Positions 51,032 through 64,000 of a stretch of DNA of 64,000 nucleotides are shown in pieces. The position numbers and the translations under genes were made by a program. The stretch's first letter is position 1; each line of letters starts with the position of its first letter. The notes below the pieces were generated by a model. The model was not told where the DNA came from. It did no database searches and worked only from the letters and a program-made list of their open reading frames with translations. This DNA comes from Octopus sinensis (taxonomy: Eukaryota): positions 139,562,001 through 139,626,000 of the forward strand of contig NC_043000.1 of NCBI RefSeq assembly GCF_006345805.1, in the 5' to 3' direction.

Positions 51032-52237
51032 TATTTTATATGAATAATATATAGTCTATGGACTAATTTTTCTATAAGCTAGGACACTAGTAGTATAAAT
51101 TTCTAAGATCTTTATTACCCTGATATTATTAATTATATATATATATATATACATACACAAATAAATACATACATATATGTACATACACACAGAGGTATAT
51201 ATATATGTGCATACACACACACTTATATATTCTCTGCTTGATGATTTGAATGGAGCTAAAACTATACATACTTTATGAATACAATTAACAAATATCCATA
51301 GGAAACTTTAAATAGTGGTTTTTCTATCCTGAGTACTGAAGTATGATGACCATTTCTTACTCCTCTATGAATTTAGTTCTTTTGTATATTAAAATTTTCC
51401 AATAGTCAAGACTATTGAAAAGGTCGCAAGACACAACGAAACTTTTAGGAAAATAAAAATAAGAAAGAAGTGGAAATTTTATCGGTGAGTGTGTTACATT
51501 ATAAGGCACAAAAAGAAAATGACTCTCCCCAGACACAACAGAATACGCTTCAACACACGAACTCATATAAAGAATCTTGCAAACCAAATCCAAAAACGAA
51601 ATTTTCCAAACATTAACACGTATTTGTCAGAAGGTGTAAAAGTTTCAGTAATACCTACTCAAAAGTTGCTAAAAAGATTTTATATCTTTACATTTATTTG
51701 ATTGAGTTGAAGTCAACTGAGGTCAGCTTTACCATTCAGACTCCAAAGATTGATCAAATAAAGTACCAGTCAATTTCTTGGTTTTGTAACTGATTACACT
51801 CCATTCACAAATTTGAGGACATGAGTATATGATTGGTAGTTAAAGAACATTATTTTGTTGTGACTGTTAATGCTAATATAGTTGTTGTTGCTGAGCCTCA
51901 CATCAGTTCATATTGAGAATAATTATAATAAAATGAATTGTAGCTTTGACATTATGAAATACAAAAACATGGAATACAAACTTTTTTTTGCAAACAATTA
52001 CTTGAAAGCAATTGCTCGAAATACAGAGTAGAAAAACAGCCGACAACTGATGAAGGGTCGTTCTTTATGTTGCATGTCTTGTTACTTGTCTTGTTTTCCA
52101 TTTGTTTCTTTTGTTGTTTGCAAAAAATGTTCGTATTTCATATTTCATATTGTTTGCGTTCTGTGACGTCCTGTGCCCCTGTGTGCGTATGTATATACAT
52201 ATATACGTAAGTATGTACATATATGTATATATGCATG

Positions 52238-52292
<55 letters not shown>

Positions 52293-52300
52293 TTATATGC

Positions 52301-52342
<42 letters not shown>

Positions 52343-52608
52343 ACTGAATACAAAAATTTCTGCTTTTTATCACATCAAGGACTTTATTTGCAGAAGAAGG
52401 CACTGACAGGACTTGAGCCTAAATATGAAAAGAGGAAACTATAAACTGTAAAACAACAAGGCCATATCAGTTGGTGCAGGATTTTTGCAATCTCCTTACA
52501 CTTACACTGTCCTAAATATTATCAATCATCTTTAACCCCCTAACCAACATATCCATCTATTCTGTCTTAAAGAATACACACGCACACATACATGCATACA
52601 CATACACG

Positions 52609-52644
<36 letters not shown>

Positions 52645-53074
52645 GCCATACATATGCATTAATGTGCATAAATATTTAATGCATACGTATATCTAAAAAA
52701 AAAAAGAGAAACTAAATATCTAAATGAATCTACCAGCGTGTCTCAACAAGTGCTTGTTTTCTGTCTAATTTGATTGCTTCAGCTCCAGAGTGATTAATAC
52801 TAAATATGCACTTATAAATAAATATAAATACATATATATACATATATATATGTATATATATATGTGTGTGTGTATATATATATATGTGTGCATATATATA
52901 TGTATTTATATACATGTATGTATATATATATATATATGTATATATATGTATATATATGTGTATATTCATATGTATATATATGTATATATTTATATGTATA
53001 TATATATTTATGTATATGTATATATACATACATATATATATATACATATATATATATTTATGTATATGTGTATG

Positions 53075-53106
<32 letters not shown>

Positions 53107-54127
53107 ATATACATATATATATATACATATATATACTTAAACATGCATATATACATGTATGTATATACATATCTATATATATGTATTAATATATATACAT
53201 ATATATACTTAAACATGTGTATATACATGTATGTATATACATATCTATATACATGCATTAATATATATACATATATATGAAGGTGTTTATATATTTGTAT
53301 ATATTTTATGTGTGCATCTGTTGTGTTTATCTACATGCATGTATATGATTATATATAAGAAGAAAAAGAGAAAGTGATTCAGAGGGTACTTGAAAATTTT
53401 TTCATAAATCCACTTCTAGCTGATGTTTGACTGATTAGTTGTCATTAGAATCACAAGGAAGGGGGAGGGAGGCAAGAAGAAAAATATATCAAGACCAAAA
53501 CATGATAATTCCTAATTACTATAAGAAGCTGATCTTGGTGACTCTCGTCTTAGCATTCTAATTCAGGCTTAATATTTTATTGAGCATTCCTCTTCTTGCA
53601 TCTTCACCTCCGTCTCTACTTACCGCCAATTTTGTTTAAGGAAATTTGGACAAATATAATTGATTATGTATAACACAGGATAAAGATGAACATAATAACA
53701 GTAATAAAAACAAAGCTGATGGCATCAACAACATGAACAGGAATAATTCTTTATCTCATTTAATCGAAATATAAACAAAAAAGCATTCTCACTTCATTAA
53801 AAATTTGATTAACAATAATATCAAGATATAATACTTCTGATAAAAAAAGTAGTGCATGGATCTGTCTGCCTGTATATGTATATTAAATCTGCATGGACAG
53901 CTTTACATATGGGTGGTTCGTGTAAATTGTTAGCTTGTGTGTGGATAAATAGCTTTGTGCAGATACCTTGCTGCTGTGTAGAAACTTCAGTAAAACGTTT
54001 AAATATGTTCAACATTATGAGCTAAACTGGGAATATGTCTACATGGAAATTGGAGAAATAAATTTTCTGACTTTTCTAACAGGACATTAACACTACCTCT
54101 AATATAGATCAAACCATAATTTCCTCA

Positions 54128-54305
54128 TAGGCGTAGGAGTGGCTGTGTGGTTGGTAAGTAGCTTGTTTACGAACCACATGGTTCTGGGTTCAGTCCCACT
54201 GTGTGACACCTTGGGCAACTGTCTTCTACTATAGTCCCGGGCGGCCGACCAAAGCCTTGTCAGTGGATTTGGTAAATGGAAACTGAAAGAAGACTGTCGT
54301 ATATA

Positions 54306-54387
<82 letters not shown>

Positions 54388-54616
54388 GTGTGTATATGTT
54401 TGTGTGTCTGTGTTTGTCACCCCAACATCACTTGACAACTGATGCTGGTGTTTTTACGTCCCCATAACTTAGTGGTTCGGCAAAAGAGACCAATAGAATA
54501 AGTACTAGGCTTACAAAAAATAAGTCCTGGGGTCAATTTGCTCAACTAAAGGTGGTGCTCCAGCATGACCACAGCCAAATGACTGAAACAAGTAAAAGAG
54601 TAAAAGAGTAAAAGAG
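54128..54616 (+). mobile_element. SINE family A with expanded internal (TA)n
   Basis: Full-length match. Confidence 0.9.
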
Positions 54617-56277
54617 AACATTCTCTAAGTTTCAGTTTCAAATAAGTGAAATTTGATTGCAATATTGTGCTTGTGACTGCACATGTGAACATATTTGGGT
54701 ACTGTAGATGTAAGGAGAATCTTTTGAAATGAATTTAAAAAGTGGAAGGAAAATGAAAATGTGATGATTCTTTACATTGAATTATGGAGTGGGAGCACTA
54801 AACAGTGATAAGTAAAACTTCAATGCTATTATCAGTCCGAATATGCAGTTATTAGGCAGACAACACTACAGCTGAATTAAAAGACTACCCCTCTTATGCT
54901 TTTCCAGTCACTGGACTTATAATAACATTGTGATCTTTACACTGAGTCAGAAACAAACTATCACATCTAAATGAAATTCCTTTAGCATGTATTTATTTTA
55001 ATGTAGTTATGTTACACAGTTGTTATTTTTCAGTGATAAACTAGCTTTCTATTTGTTCTTTTATAAAAACCATTGTTTTACCATCCTAATGAAATGAATG
55101 ATCTGGGATTGTTATTCAAACATGGACATTCACATTATGAGTATAGCTGGTCTTTCACTCGCATAATATATAAATCATCATTAAGTAAAAAAACTTATTT
55201 ATTGATCTTTTGCAGATTAATTCAAGATGCAATGCATGTTTGATGTACAAAAGTTACATTTCACACACACACACACACAAACACCACATCACTTTATGAG
55301 CATTAGTAATATTTTCTTGCACGCAATAATTCGGTTCCACTGTAAAGAATCATTAGAGCTCACTCTTGTTTCTTCTAATGTTTTGGTTTTCTACCAGTAA
55401 GAATGTAATATTTGTAGCACCAACAAGCTTTAATAATAGTCATTATAAGGATAAACCACAATGTTATGTAACTTTATTATGTTTTTTTTTTAAAGTTCCT
55501 TTGATTTAATGTCCATTTACATTTCGTTATTGTTAAACAAATTTGAAACAGATTTCCCGTGGCTGAACGTTCTTCCCAGTGCCAACCCTTAATTTTTCCC
55601 TATCAAGGTATTTGCTTTTCATTCCATTGGCTATGATACTTTGAAAGCTAACTCTATGAGATTTTGCTTACCAGAGAATGTAAACAAAGAGTTTTCTTTC
55701 TTTCCCCTTTTGTTTTCGCTCAAGTGATATTAACGAGGACATGCATGAGGTTAAAACATTCATATATGTGTATAAAAACACAAAAGCATAAAGCATTAGC
55801 TATTAAGTATCAAATACTATTAAACCTTTACAACCTGTTCATTAATACTATATCTTAATATATGTCACTGTCAAATTATGTTCTAAATTTGCTTGTTACA
55901 TAGTTGCTAGTTATTTATCTTTTACACAGTTACAACCAAACTGGAGCCTCTGAAATTACTTTGTTGCAGCTGTTTGATAAGAGATTTGATCAGAAATTGG
56001 GCTGTAAACATTTTTCCATTCAAAGCACAATAATAAGGTTATATGTGTAGGTATGTGGCCTAGTGGTGAGACTTTTGTCTTAGTCATGAAGCTTAATGTT
56101 TTCTTCATGGAATAGACAATGCATTGTGCTCTTAGGCAAGGTACTTCATTTCATGTTACTTCACTCTGGTACTGATGCAGCCCTCTCTCATTCAAGACAT
56201 CCTATTTTGGATCTTGTGATGGGTCAAATGTGAGAGACCTAAGAAGATGCTGACATCTTCTAATGAGTACATAAACA

Positions 56278-56662
56278 TCTCTCTATATATAAACGGCAGT
56301 TTGTCTGTGCGTGTTTCTGTGTGTCTGTTTGCTTGTACCCTCACCCTGACCACGGCTTTCAACCGATTCTGATGAAACTTGACACACACATAGCCCAATG
56401 TCATAATTCAAAACTAACGCAGCGAAAATTTTGAAAAGTTTCCCCAGTTCTGAAAAAAATCGATAAATTCGACATGGGGTCGAGAATCAGAAACACGAAC
56501 CACAAACTGTCTAGGGGGCGCAACTCCACCTTTTTTAAATCTCAAAAAAAAATTTACCATCATTTTTTTCCATTTTTTTGCTATTTTTTGGCTATAACTC
56601 TCTAAAAATGCTTTATAGTTATTTCCCTTACAAACCTGAGCAACGCCGGGCGATACTGCTAG
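56278..56662 (+). mobile_element. Complete non-autonomous Helitron
   Basis: 5' A|TCTCTATATATAAA, 3' hairpin cctgagc-aac-gccggg then CTAG|T; inserted at AT with no TSD. Confidence 0.9.
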
Positions 56663-57078
56663 TCTTAAATAATTAGCTAAAACATGCTTACTAGCAAATG
56701 TGACTGGCTCTACTTTATTTTTACACCCACAGTAACATCATTATGTATTTTTTCCAATAACATTGTGCTAATTATCAAGTTCTTTTATTTTACATCTGTA
56801 ACTTGGTCACTGATACTACAGGTTGAATATATCAATATATCACACAAAAGTTTACTGATTTGTACACTAAATTAATGTAAAAGAATTTAATTTATGACAC
56901 ACTCTGCAATTGAATTTTAATAATAGATGTTCAACATTATAAACCCCATTTCCTTCATTAGACCTGGAACAGTAGCAGCGAGCTTAAGTTGATTAACTCC
57001 AAAACAGATGCTCATTAGTTTAAAAATTTGCTACATACATACGTCTGCTCTTCAAAAGAGACACATCACTCAGCTCAC

Positions 57079-57132
57079 TTCTACTTGGTTGAGAAATGCT
57101 ATGACATCTATTTCACATTTGATGAAACACTT
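57079..57132 (-). CDS. Candidate 54-nt symmetric exon (KCFIKCEIDVIAFLNQVE)
   Basis: Acceptor aattttattacAG, donor GAA|GTGAGC; only the phase 0-0 frame is open. No homology recognised. Confidence 0.25.
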
Positions 57133-58099
57133 CTGTAATAAAATTGATGCATTTAATAATATGCAAATATATTAAAAATCTGTCAAAACTCTTTCACACA
57201 TGTGAGCTTGGTAAGATGGACATAAAACAAGATTATAAAGAGTATATTGTCAGAGATCAATGAAGCAAATTAGGTGACTAAAATTACTGCATTCTTTTTG
57301 AATTAACTTTGCCCTATTAACAGTTTTCTGAATTTATCTATTCAATAATTTTGCCATTTAAATACATCTGATGTTAAAAGTCACAGGTGACTAAATCAAT
57401 AAAATTAGTTATTGAATTCCAAAAGGTCAATATGTTTATGCCTACATGGAGTCAACAATCTTCACCCTCAGTGAGAGTTGAAATGTACTATATTCATCAA
57501 AATCCCTGTCTAATGAACAAAACTTTTGTAATATTTCAGGCTTGAATCCAAATCTTAATGTGTGTATTGCTTAGTAAGACTTTGGTACAATTTGGTATAT
57601 TTTCTGTTGTTAGATACACCATTTAGATAGAATATCTTCAGTAATATCCAATCTAAAAATACTAATATTGTTATTTTAGATTGTCCCAAGCAATAATATA
57701 CAATTTACTCTTATAAATAGGTGGTGTGTTCATATTCTTTAAAATAACAATAAAATAAAATCAATTTGTGTCAGATTGTAGATATTAAGATATTCCCTTG
57801 TGAAGAAAGCTCCATATCAGTCAGAAGGTGTGATATTAAAATGTTCTGGAAATGGCAATTAAAGTTGAACAACTAAACAAAAATAGAATGCCATATGTGT
57901 TTATTGGTAAGTTGAAATTATAAAGTAATGCTGCTTCACCAATTTTAAAGTGTTTATGCATAAAAAAGTACACTTTTCTGAAGACCATGTAAGAGGAGAT
58001 ATTGATCTTGGTTCAGCAATAAAGCTTTTGAATAGAAAATGTCCTTTTAGTTTTAACAATTAAATATACATATAGATGCAGATGAGTCTATGAGGTAAG

Positions 58100-58500
58100 A
58101 ACTTTGCTGGCAACGGAAACGAACGGATGGTGCTTTTTACGTGCCACCTGCATGGGGGCCAGGCGAGGCTGGCAATGGCCACGAACGGATGGTGCTTTTT
58201 ACGTGCCACCGGCACGGAGGCCAGATGGGGCGGCGCTGGCAACGGAAACGAACGGATCGTGCTTGTTACGTGCCACCTGCACAAGGGCCAGGTGAGGCTG
58301 GCAACGGCCACGAACGGATGGTGCTTTTTACGTGTCACCGGCACGGAGACCAGTCGGGGCGGCGCTGGCAACGGCCACGATTGGATGGTTCGCTTACTTG
58401 TCACTGGCACTGGTATCACACCTGCAATTTCCATTGATGTTGATCGACTTTGATTTTGGTTCTACTTTCTGATATCTGATTTGATTTGGTTTGATTTGAT
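58100..58500 (-). repeat. Expanded family-B VNTR: alternating 62-bp and 67-bp units (129-bp dimer)
   Basis: gctggcaacggaaacg recurs at 58106 and 58235; units alternate A-B-A-B then a terminal variant. Confidence 0.85.
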
Positions 58501-58689
58501 TTTGATTTTGATTTTGATTTTGAATTTGACATAAATATGACATAAATTTCATATTTTAATGAAACAGACACTCCTCTCATCAGGATGTTTCACAACACAA
58601 AAGACACAATGATAGCAACATAAAAGGACAACTTACTTCGTTACATTCTAGGCAATTTCAATATATATATATGCATCTACACCATTCGA

Positions 58690-58993
58690 ATGTGGCCAAT
58701 ATCAGTGCTGCCTGAATGACACCCATGTCAGTGGCATATAAAAAGCACTATTTCAGCATGGTTGCTACCAGTGCTGCCTGATTGGCTCCCATGCCAGTGG
58801 CATGTAAAAAGCATCCTCTACATTCTCAGAGTGATTGGCATTAGGAAGGGCATTCAGCTGTAGAAAACTTGCCAAATTAGATTGGAACTTGATGCAGCCT
58901 CCTGGCTTGCCAGTCCTCAGTCAAACCTTCCAACTCATGCCAGCATGAAAAGCAGACCTTAAACGATGATGATGATGATGATGATGATGATGA
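58690..58993 (+). mobile_element. RTE-type 3' tail (family B)
   Basis: Two diverged VNTR units plus tail. Confidence 0.8.
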
Positions 58994-59038
58994 TATATAT
59001 GTATGTATTTATGGAGATGAACTTGCCTTGCACTACAT

Positions 59039-59441
59039 ACTCTCTCCTTTACTTGTTTCAGTCATTTGATTGTGGCCATGCTGGAGCACCGCCTTTAGTC
59101 GGGCAAATCGACCCCGGGACTTATTCTTTGTAAGCCCAGTACTTATTCTATTGGTCTCTTTTGCCGAACCTCTAAGTGACGGGGACCTAAACACACCAAC
59201 ATTGGTTGTCAAGCAATGCTAGGGGGACAAAGACAGACACACAAACACACACACACATATATATATATACATATATACGACAGGCTTCTTTCAGTTTCCG
59301 TCTACCAAATCCACTCACAAGGCATTGGTTGGCCTGGGGCTATAGCAGAAGACACTTACCCAAAATGTCACACAGTGGAACTGAACCCGGAACCATGTGG
59401 CTGGTAAGCAAGCTACTTACCACACAGCCACTCCTATGCCT
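59039..59441 (-). mobile_element. SINE family A
   Basis: Full-length match. Confidence 0.9.
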
Positions 59442-59691
59442 GTACATGTCTATGCTTGTACCATATAACCTCTCCGTCTGTACCATACATAAAATTGCAA
59501 GACTATATTGCATTGACTACAGAGGTCTACATATATCTATCTCATGCATCCACATAAACAGACATGCATGTACACACACACATACACACACACACAACAG
59601 TTTCAAACACACATATAGCCTCACGTGGAACTGTATGGAAACAGTTGTATGTATGTGTATGTGTTTCTGATTGTATTGATATATATATATA

Positions 59692-59910
59692 CAAAATTAA
59701 GAGGAATGACCACTAAAGTGAACACCCTATACGCTAAACATAGATGTCAAATCGCCATTACCACGAAGAATTTGTTCTCAAGAAAAAAATCTCAGTAAAA
59801 CGCCTGCTGAGATTTTTTTCTTGAGGACACATTCTTCGTGGTAATAGTGATTTGACGTCTATGTTTTGCATATAGGGTGTCCACTTTAGTGGTCATTCCT
59901 CTTAATTTTG
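59692..59910. mobile_element. Fold-back MITE-like palindrome with TA flanks
   Basis: About 104-bp arms (CAAAATTAAGAGGAATGACCACTAAAGTG...ctcag / ctgag...CACTTTAGTGGTCATTCCTCTTAATTTTG) and a short loop. Confidence 0.8.
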
Positions 59911-61399
59911 TATGTAACACAATTTTTAATCTTTAGCTTTTTAAATATGCTAAGCCACTGGTTTTGATTGATTAACATCAAGTTCTACTCTTATGTAGTG
60001 GGTTGGACAGTTCAACTGGGGTCAATCTAATATATGTATATTTTGGTCTGGTTGGCATCCTAACTATACTACCTCATGTTCCTGAAATTCATATCTACAT
60101 CTTTATCTGTATATTTACCTTCCCTAAGATGTTACTAATTGATTTGAGAACTTTATAATATTGGAAAACCTATATAAAATTAGCAGAAGATTACTCAACA
60201 TATTATATCTGATGTAATATTTACAGCTTTTAATAAAATGTTATAGTATGAAACAATTGTACTAAATTACCGGATCCATTCTTGTTGCTTATTTTTGATT
60301 ATATATATATATATATAATGCACACATGTTTATAAGCATGAATTCGTCTCTAACTTTTTCAATATACCCCCCCATACACATATGAACTCGCTGTTAGATA
60401 TGTATTGCTATGCTTGCATATGTATACTTTTTTCAGCACTTGAATCAATATATGTTACATCATTATGTTATTTTTTCTGTAATGCTTTCATTAATATACA
60501 TTTAATGATAAATTTCCTTGGGATTACTACAAGATCCCTTGCACTCCATTGAAGGTTTTTATGCAAAGAAAGGAAAACAAACAAATGTTGATATCTTCTA
60601 TTCTTATTTCCAGTAACCACATTGAAAATTTGTGCCATGAAACCCAACTAATGATTATAATGGAGAAAAACTTGCATTTCCTAAAATGTGGTTCTATTTG
60701 GAATAAGTAACAAAGAAGCAAAATTTTGTATAGATACAAAAATATGGGTGCTCACAGAATGTGCATTCATGTAATTTTATATATTATTGTATGCATAAAT
60801 ACAAGTACACGGACTGGTTCACTTTCCATTGTACAAAACTGAGTTACAAAGTTGATCTAGTGAAACAGTGAAAATTTCCTGCACATGTCAACTAGTCCTT
60901 ATTGAAACCAGATATCATCTTGGTTTCCACAACAACAAGATCCAATCAAAGTTAGCTGAACCCTAGAAGGAGAGGATGGAGGAGGTGCAGAAGGGGAAGG
61001 GAACTAAGCACCAGAGGTCATACGAGGGACTGCTGCAAGAATAAGTGAAGAAGGTGTTTGCCAGTGGAACTTGGCAAACAAGGGTCACAGGTCATAACTT
61101 GAGTAAGGCCCATGGACAACTGGTAATTACAAGAATGGAGAGGGGAAGAGACATCAGGAGCAATGTAGATGCTGCTGAGAATGCTTCTACATGGCTTTGG
61201 CTGCAAAGAGGTGATTTTGGTAGGGGTAGTTAAATGCCACTTGTTCATAGGCCAAGGCTTCAATAACTGAGATCAAGTCACCTTGATGAGGATGTCTTTT
61301 GTAATACACAAAACACACTGAAAACACAGAGCAGAACACTGATAATGAGTTAAAGTATTGTTTCTGTAAATGTATATTGAACAAATATGTATCTCTGTA

Positions 61400-61779
61400 T
61401 ATGTATACACGAACAAAACGCACCCCCCCCCCCCATCCAATGGGTCGTGCTGAGTTGTCAAACATTTAAATCAAATTTTCTCAAAACAACTTGTTCGACC
61501 TTCCCATAGGCCTTTGAGAAACACTGATTTAACCTAAATTTGAGACATCAGCAAAATATGGATTTCGACTGATGTACTTGCACGTAGAAACGCACGTTCC
61601 CACGGCTTTATCGATCACATTCTCACTTGGAATCAATTTTGCTAATTTTTTCAAGACTTATACATGCCCTGATACCGTCGGCATCTACATATCAAATTCG
61701 AGCACAATCGGACGGAGGATGCCCGAAATCCTAGAAGACACACACACACAGACAGGCAGAATGGATTTTATATAATAGA
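61400..61779 (-). mobile_element. Helitron-like 5' fragment
   Basis: Minus strand begins A|TCTATTATATAAAATCC followed by ctgtctgtgtgtg and a ccgattgtgctcgaattt motif; no 3' hairpin-CTAG found. Confidence 0.55.
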
Positions 61780-62307
61780 TATATGATTGTATACATTAAA
61801 CACACACATGTACATACATACATACATAATACACACATGCACACACACACACACACACATATAAAGAAAGAAAAACCACATGCCTGTGTGTATTTTTATG
61901 TATATGTGTATATGTATTTTGCATATATACATGTAGCTATGTTTGTGTAAGTGTGTGTATTTTTACACATATCTTCCTATTTTATACTGTGCCGATCACC
62001 CTAAATTGATTAGTATTACACTTGCTAATAACGACTGTTTCTAATTTAGTCACAAACTCAACAATCTTAGTGGATGTCAGCTTCCTTTCTGATCGCATCA
62101 TTCCAAGTATGTAACTGGTAAAGTATCATAGTGAACAGGAAGAATTAAAGGTAAAGTTAACTGCAATGGAATCTGAAACCCAAGAAGGTGAGAGTTGGAG
62201 ATAATGCCACTAGTAATTTTGCACAAGACTTTGATGTTACTAAACTACCTTCAACAAATTTGAAATAATATATTTCCATATAATAAAATCCAATACAATT
62301 CTATGAA

Positions 62308-62706
62308 CAGGAGCGGCTGTGTGGTAAGTAGCTTGCTAACCAACCAGATGGTTCCAGGTTCAGTCCCACTGCGTGGCATCTTGGGCATGTGTCTTCTGCT
62401 ATAGCCCCGGGCCGACCAATGCCTTGTGAATGGATTAGGTAGACGGAAACTGAAAGAAGCCTGTTGTATATATGTATATATATATATATATGTATGTGTG
62501 TGTTTGTGTGTTTGTGTTTGTCCCCTAGCATTGCTTGACAACTGATGCTGGTGTGTTTACGTCCCCGTCACTTAGCGGTTTGGCAAAAGAGACCGATAGA
62601 ATAAGTACTGGGCTTACAAAGAATAAGTCTCGGGGTCGATTTGCTCAACTAAAAGGCGGTGCTCCAGTATGGCCGCAGTCAAATGACTGAAACAAGTAAA
62701 AGAGTA
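62308..62706 (+). mobile_element. SINE family A
   Basis: Full-length match. Confidence 0.9.
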
Positions 62707-63100
62707 TATTTGTACCCAGAAAGGTTGTGTAAGTGCATATTTATAGATTTGTATGTAAAATGTATTTGTCTAAATGAACACATTTGTACAAGTATATATG
62801 TGCACATGTCTCAATATAGATATTATTCTCTAGTCTTGATTCAAATTACAATGTATGTTTTCAGACACATTTCCAAATATACCAGTTTCCAGAACAAAAT
62901 GGTTTAAACCATCCCACTTCTTTACAAAAATTCTAAATCCTAAAATACTGTTCACATCCCCTGTTGCTATTCTAATCTTATAAATGCCACAGGTATACAA
63001 TATGTATATGTTGTCATATACACACAAACCACACATAAACAAGCATACACATATATGTATATATGTATATATACACACATATATATATATACATATTTAT

Positions 63101-63174
<74 letters not shown>

Positions 63175-63177
<3 letters not shown>

Positions 63178-64000
63178 CAGATCTGGCGAGATAGTTGAAT
63201 TGCTTGAACGGAGGTGGGTTGATATTGCTGCATTCAAGAAGTGAGGTGGAGAGAGGTTCTGCTAGGTTCCTCACAGGCAAAGACAGAGGTACAAGATTTT
63301 CTGGGCTGGGAATACTGACGGAGTCGGGGGTGTGGGCATGCTTATCGCCGAAAAATGGGTAGATAAGGTAATCGAGTAGTCAGAGTAAGTGACAGAATAA
63401 TTAAGATTAGATTAGTGCTCCATCATAGTTTAGCAACTATTATATCGGCCTATGCCCCTCAGCCAGGGCTACCTGATGGACAGAAAGACTGTTTCTATGA
63501 CACCCTACTGCAGACCACATCATTGACGAACGACAGGGACCTTCTCTTTGTGGCTGGTGACTTCAATGGGCATGTTGGACGATGTGCTGGGGGCTTCCAT
63601 GGCTTGCATGGAGGCTACGGTTATGGTTCCCGCAATGAGGAGGGAACCAAGCTGCTGGAGTTCTGCGATGCGAATAGTCTTATGATTTGCAACACTAACT
63701 TCAGGAAACCGACAAGCCACCTGGTCACCTACCGATCGGGCCGGCATACTAGCCAAATCGATTACATCCTTGCCAGAAAAAGGGAAAGATGGCTGCTTAT
63801 AAATGCCAAAACCTTCCCAGGTGAAGAATGCACCCCACAACATAGACTGGTAGTTAGTGACTTTAGGATCAGGACTAAGAGGCGACTAGAAGACGACCAA
63901 CATGGAGAAGAAGGGTCTGGAAGCTTAAAGACCCTGCGAATGGACAGAGATTTAGAGATATGTTATTTGAAGCCTTAGACGAAATGGAAGGGAGTATAGC
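63175..64000 (+). mobile_element. RTE-clade LINE, APE endonuclease region (frameshifted, runs off window end)
   Basis: Translation shows QEVRW, SAYAPQ, AGDFNGHVG, RNEEG, SQIDYIL, QHRLVVSDF motifs of the APE-type endonuclease (ORF 63415..63978). Confidence 0.95.

Noticed and set aside
52040-52075. CTGATGA as hammerhead core (also 56369 and minus strand near 58580)
   Set aside because: No correctly placed stem II plus GAAA; the 56369 hit is a standard Helitron internal motif.
53130-53275. 72-bp tandem duplication
   Set aside because: Real but lies inside a compound (TA)/(CA) satellite; ordinary slippage.
53678-53773. Asn-rich plus-strand reading DKDEHNNSNKNKADGINNMNRNNSLSHLIEI*
   Set aside because: Weak acceptor, low complexity, and no linked exons.
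58096-58440. CRISPR-like array of repeats with variable interspaces
   Set aside because: Units are whole 62/67-bp tandem copies with no unique spacers, belong to a retroposon 3'UTR, and there are no cas genes in this eukaryotic DNA.
60960-61290. GC-richer segment with short ORFs on both strands
   Set aside because: No recognisable motif; probably decayed retroelement, cannot be supported.

Overview
AT-rich, microsatellite-laden eukaryotic DNA. The SINE, LINE and MITE repertoire matches what I know of Octopus (coleoid cephalopod) genomes; this rests on my recognition of the families, not on a search. No prokaryotic-style system, CRISPR array, rRNA or true tRNA gene is present. Almost all ORFs in the supplied track are microsatellite or SINE read-throughs. 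The window is mostly transposon debris. Retroelements: about 17 copies of a tRNA-headed OR1-like SINE, several other tRNA-SINE families, RTE LINE pieces (APE domain at 63.2-64 kb, RT ends at 35.7 and 47.9 kb) with many truncated RTE 3' tails carrying a 62-67 bp VNTR, one CR1 3' end, one L1/Tx1 3' end and Penelope-like GIY-YIG fragments. DNA elements: mariner and maT fossils, two piggyBac MITEs, three Helitron/Helentron-type elements and several fold-back MITEs. Three small minus-strand segments with good splice signals and matching phases (13101-13160, 10654-10734, 4907-4958) may be the 3' end of an unidentified host gene, which would make most of the window intronic. Most notable structures: a perfect 186-bp inverted duplication (46.8-47.7 kb), a composite-transposon-like piggyBac MITE pair with perfect outer ends, a mariner made of two inverted left ends, templated/inverted junction sequences around retroposons, and a degenerate hammerhead motif downstream of a Neptune-type Penelope endonuclease. 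Repeat boundaries are approximate (about 10-20 bp) unless termini are quoted.
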